Of a stretch of DNA of 64,000 nt, positions 63,242 to 64,000 are shown in pieces; within the stretch, counting starts at the first letter, position 1; each line of letters starts with the position of its first letter. Source of the DNA: Eledone cirrhosa (Eukaryota); the NCBI GenBank assembly GCA_964016885.1, contig OZ024740.1, positions 357,430,001-357,494,000 on the forward strand. The letters are read 5' to 3'. The notes below the pieces were generated by a model. That model worked only from the letters and a program-made list of their open reading frames with translations. It ran no database searches and was not told where the DNA came from. A program made the translations under genes and the position numbers.

Positions 63242-63726
63242 TTTAGAATGTTAGTATCAGTGTATATATCAAGAATGACAATAAATGCAGGTGAGTGTTG
63301 TGACATGGTTTTACTTCACAGAAGTCAAATAAATTAATATAAATAATTGTTACCACATGTTGATGGTCAGTTGGTCACAACTCCCAGACTGGAGTGTGTA
63401 GAGAAGAACAGAAATCTTCTCTTGGTAAGGTTCAAGTGTTTCTTTAGGCTGCCGGCGCAGGAAGCGAGACAGGAGTCATCTCTTGACAAGGTCTGAGGTG
63501 TTCTTCTTGTTGCGGCGAAGGAAGTGAGAGTGATGCCTTGATTGTCCTCAAATATATAGTCCCCAGGGGGACGCAACTCCATTTAGTACATGGATCTGCC
63601 ACTGGGAGTCGCGACCGTCACAAACGGACGCAACTCCTATATGTATCTACCACTGGGAGTCGCGACCGTCGCAAAAAGGGCACAACTTCTATACATGCTG
63701 AGTTACAGCCGTAAGTGGCCGCTACA
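63242..63726 (-). repeat. 5' LTR of Gypsy element
   Basis: Followed by the PBS. About 50 bp longer than the 3' LTR because of an internal tandem duplication. Confidence 0.93.
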
Positions 63727-64000
63727 CACTTTTATGGTGATGATCTTGCCAAGTGGTGGATATGTAGAATTTTTAGTGTGTCGGAGAAATACTTAGCCGT
63801 ATTTGTTCCAGCTCATTACATTCTGAGTACAAATCATACCGAATACAACTTTGCCTTTCATCCTTCCGAGGTCGATAAAATAAAGTACCAGCCAAGCAGA
63901 TCTGTCAACTCTCCCCGTCCGACGGGGACATCTCTCACCCACCCCAAATTGAAAATGGCTGGAGTTTACAGTGGCCATCGAATTAATTATTGTAAAAAAA

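Larger units (their letters stand above)
58563..63726 (-). mobile_element. Full-length, defective Ty3/Gypsy LTR retrotransposon
   Basis: LTRs 58563-58996 and 63242-63726, 4-bp TSD CACT, Trp-like PBS TGGTGACCTGACGT (63227-63240), PPT GGAGGAGGG (59000-59008), order gag-PR-RT-RH-IN. Confidence 0.95.

Overview
AT-rich eukaryotic genomic DNA, most likely an octopus or related coleoid. This is inferred from the SINE/RTE repertoire and dense microsatellites, not proven. One host gene is supported: ERGIC2 (Erv41 family) on the minus strand, with five coding exons (12779-12893, 12128-12236, 9496-9542, 6341-6560, 4885-4980), a probable non-coding first exon near 18.5 kb, and its 3' half running off the left edge. 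The rest is mostly transposon-derived: RTE LINEs with partner SINEs, a CRE-type fragment, a non-autonomous Helitron, piggyBac-like and Tc1-like MITEs, a decayed DNA transposase, and a full-length but defective Ty3/Gypsy element (58563-63726). Three structures stand out. (i) Two Penelope-like (Naiad-type) GIY-YIG retroelements are nested one inside the other, each flanked by ~1 kb inverted pseudo-LTRs carrying hammerhead ribozyme motifs (32.8-40.35 kb). (ii) A protein-free, retrozyme-like Penelope derivative carries three hammerhead motifs (45.05-47.96 kb). (iii) A fold-back (palindromic) LTR is followed by a perfect tRNA-Trp primer-binding site (55.14-55.63 kb). All calls were made by eye and repeat boundaries are approximate.
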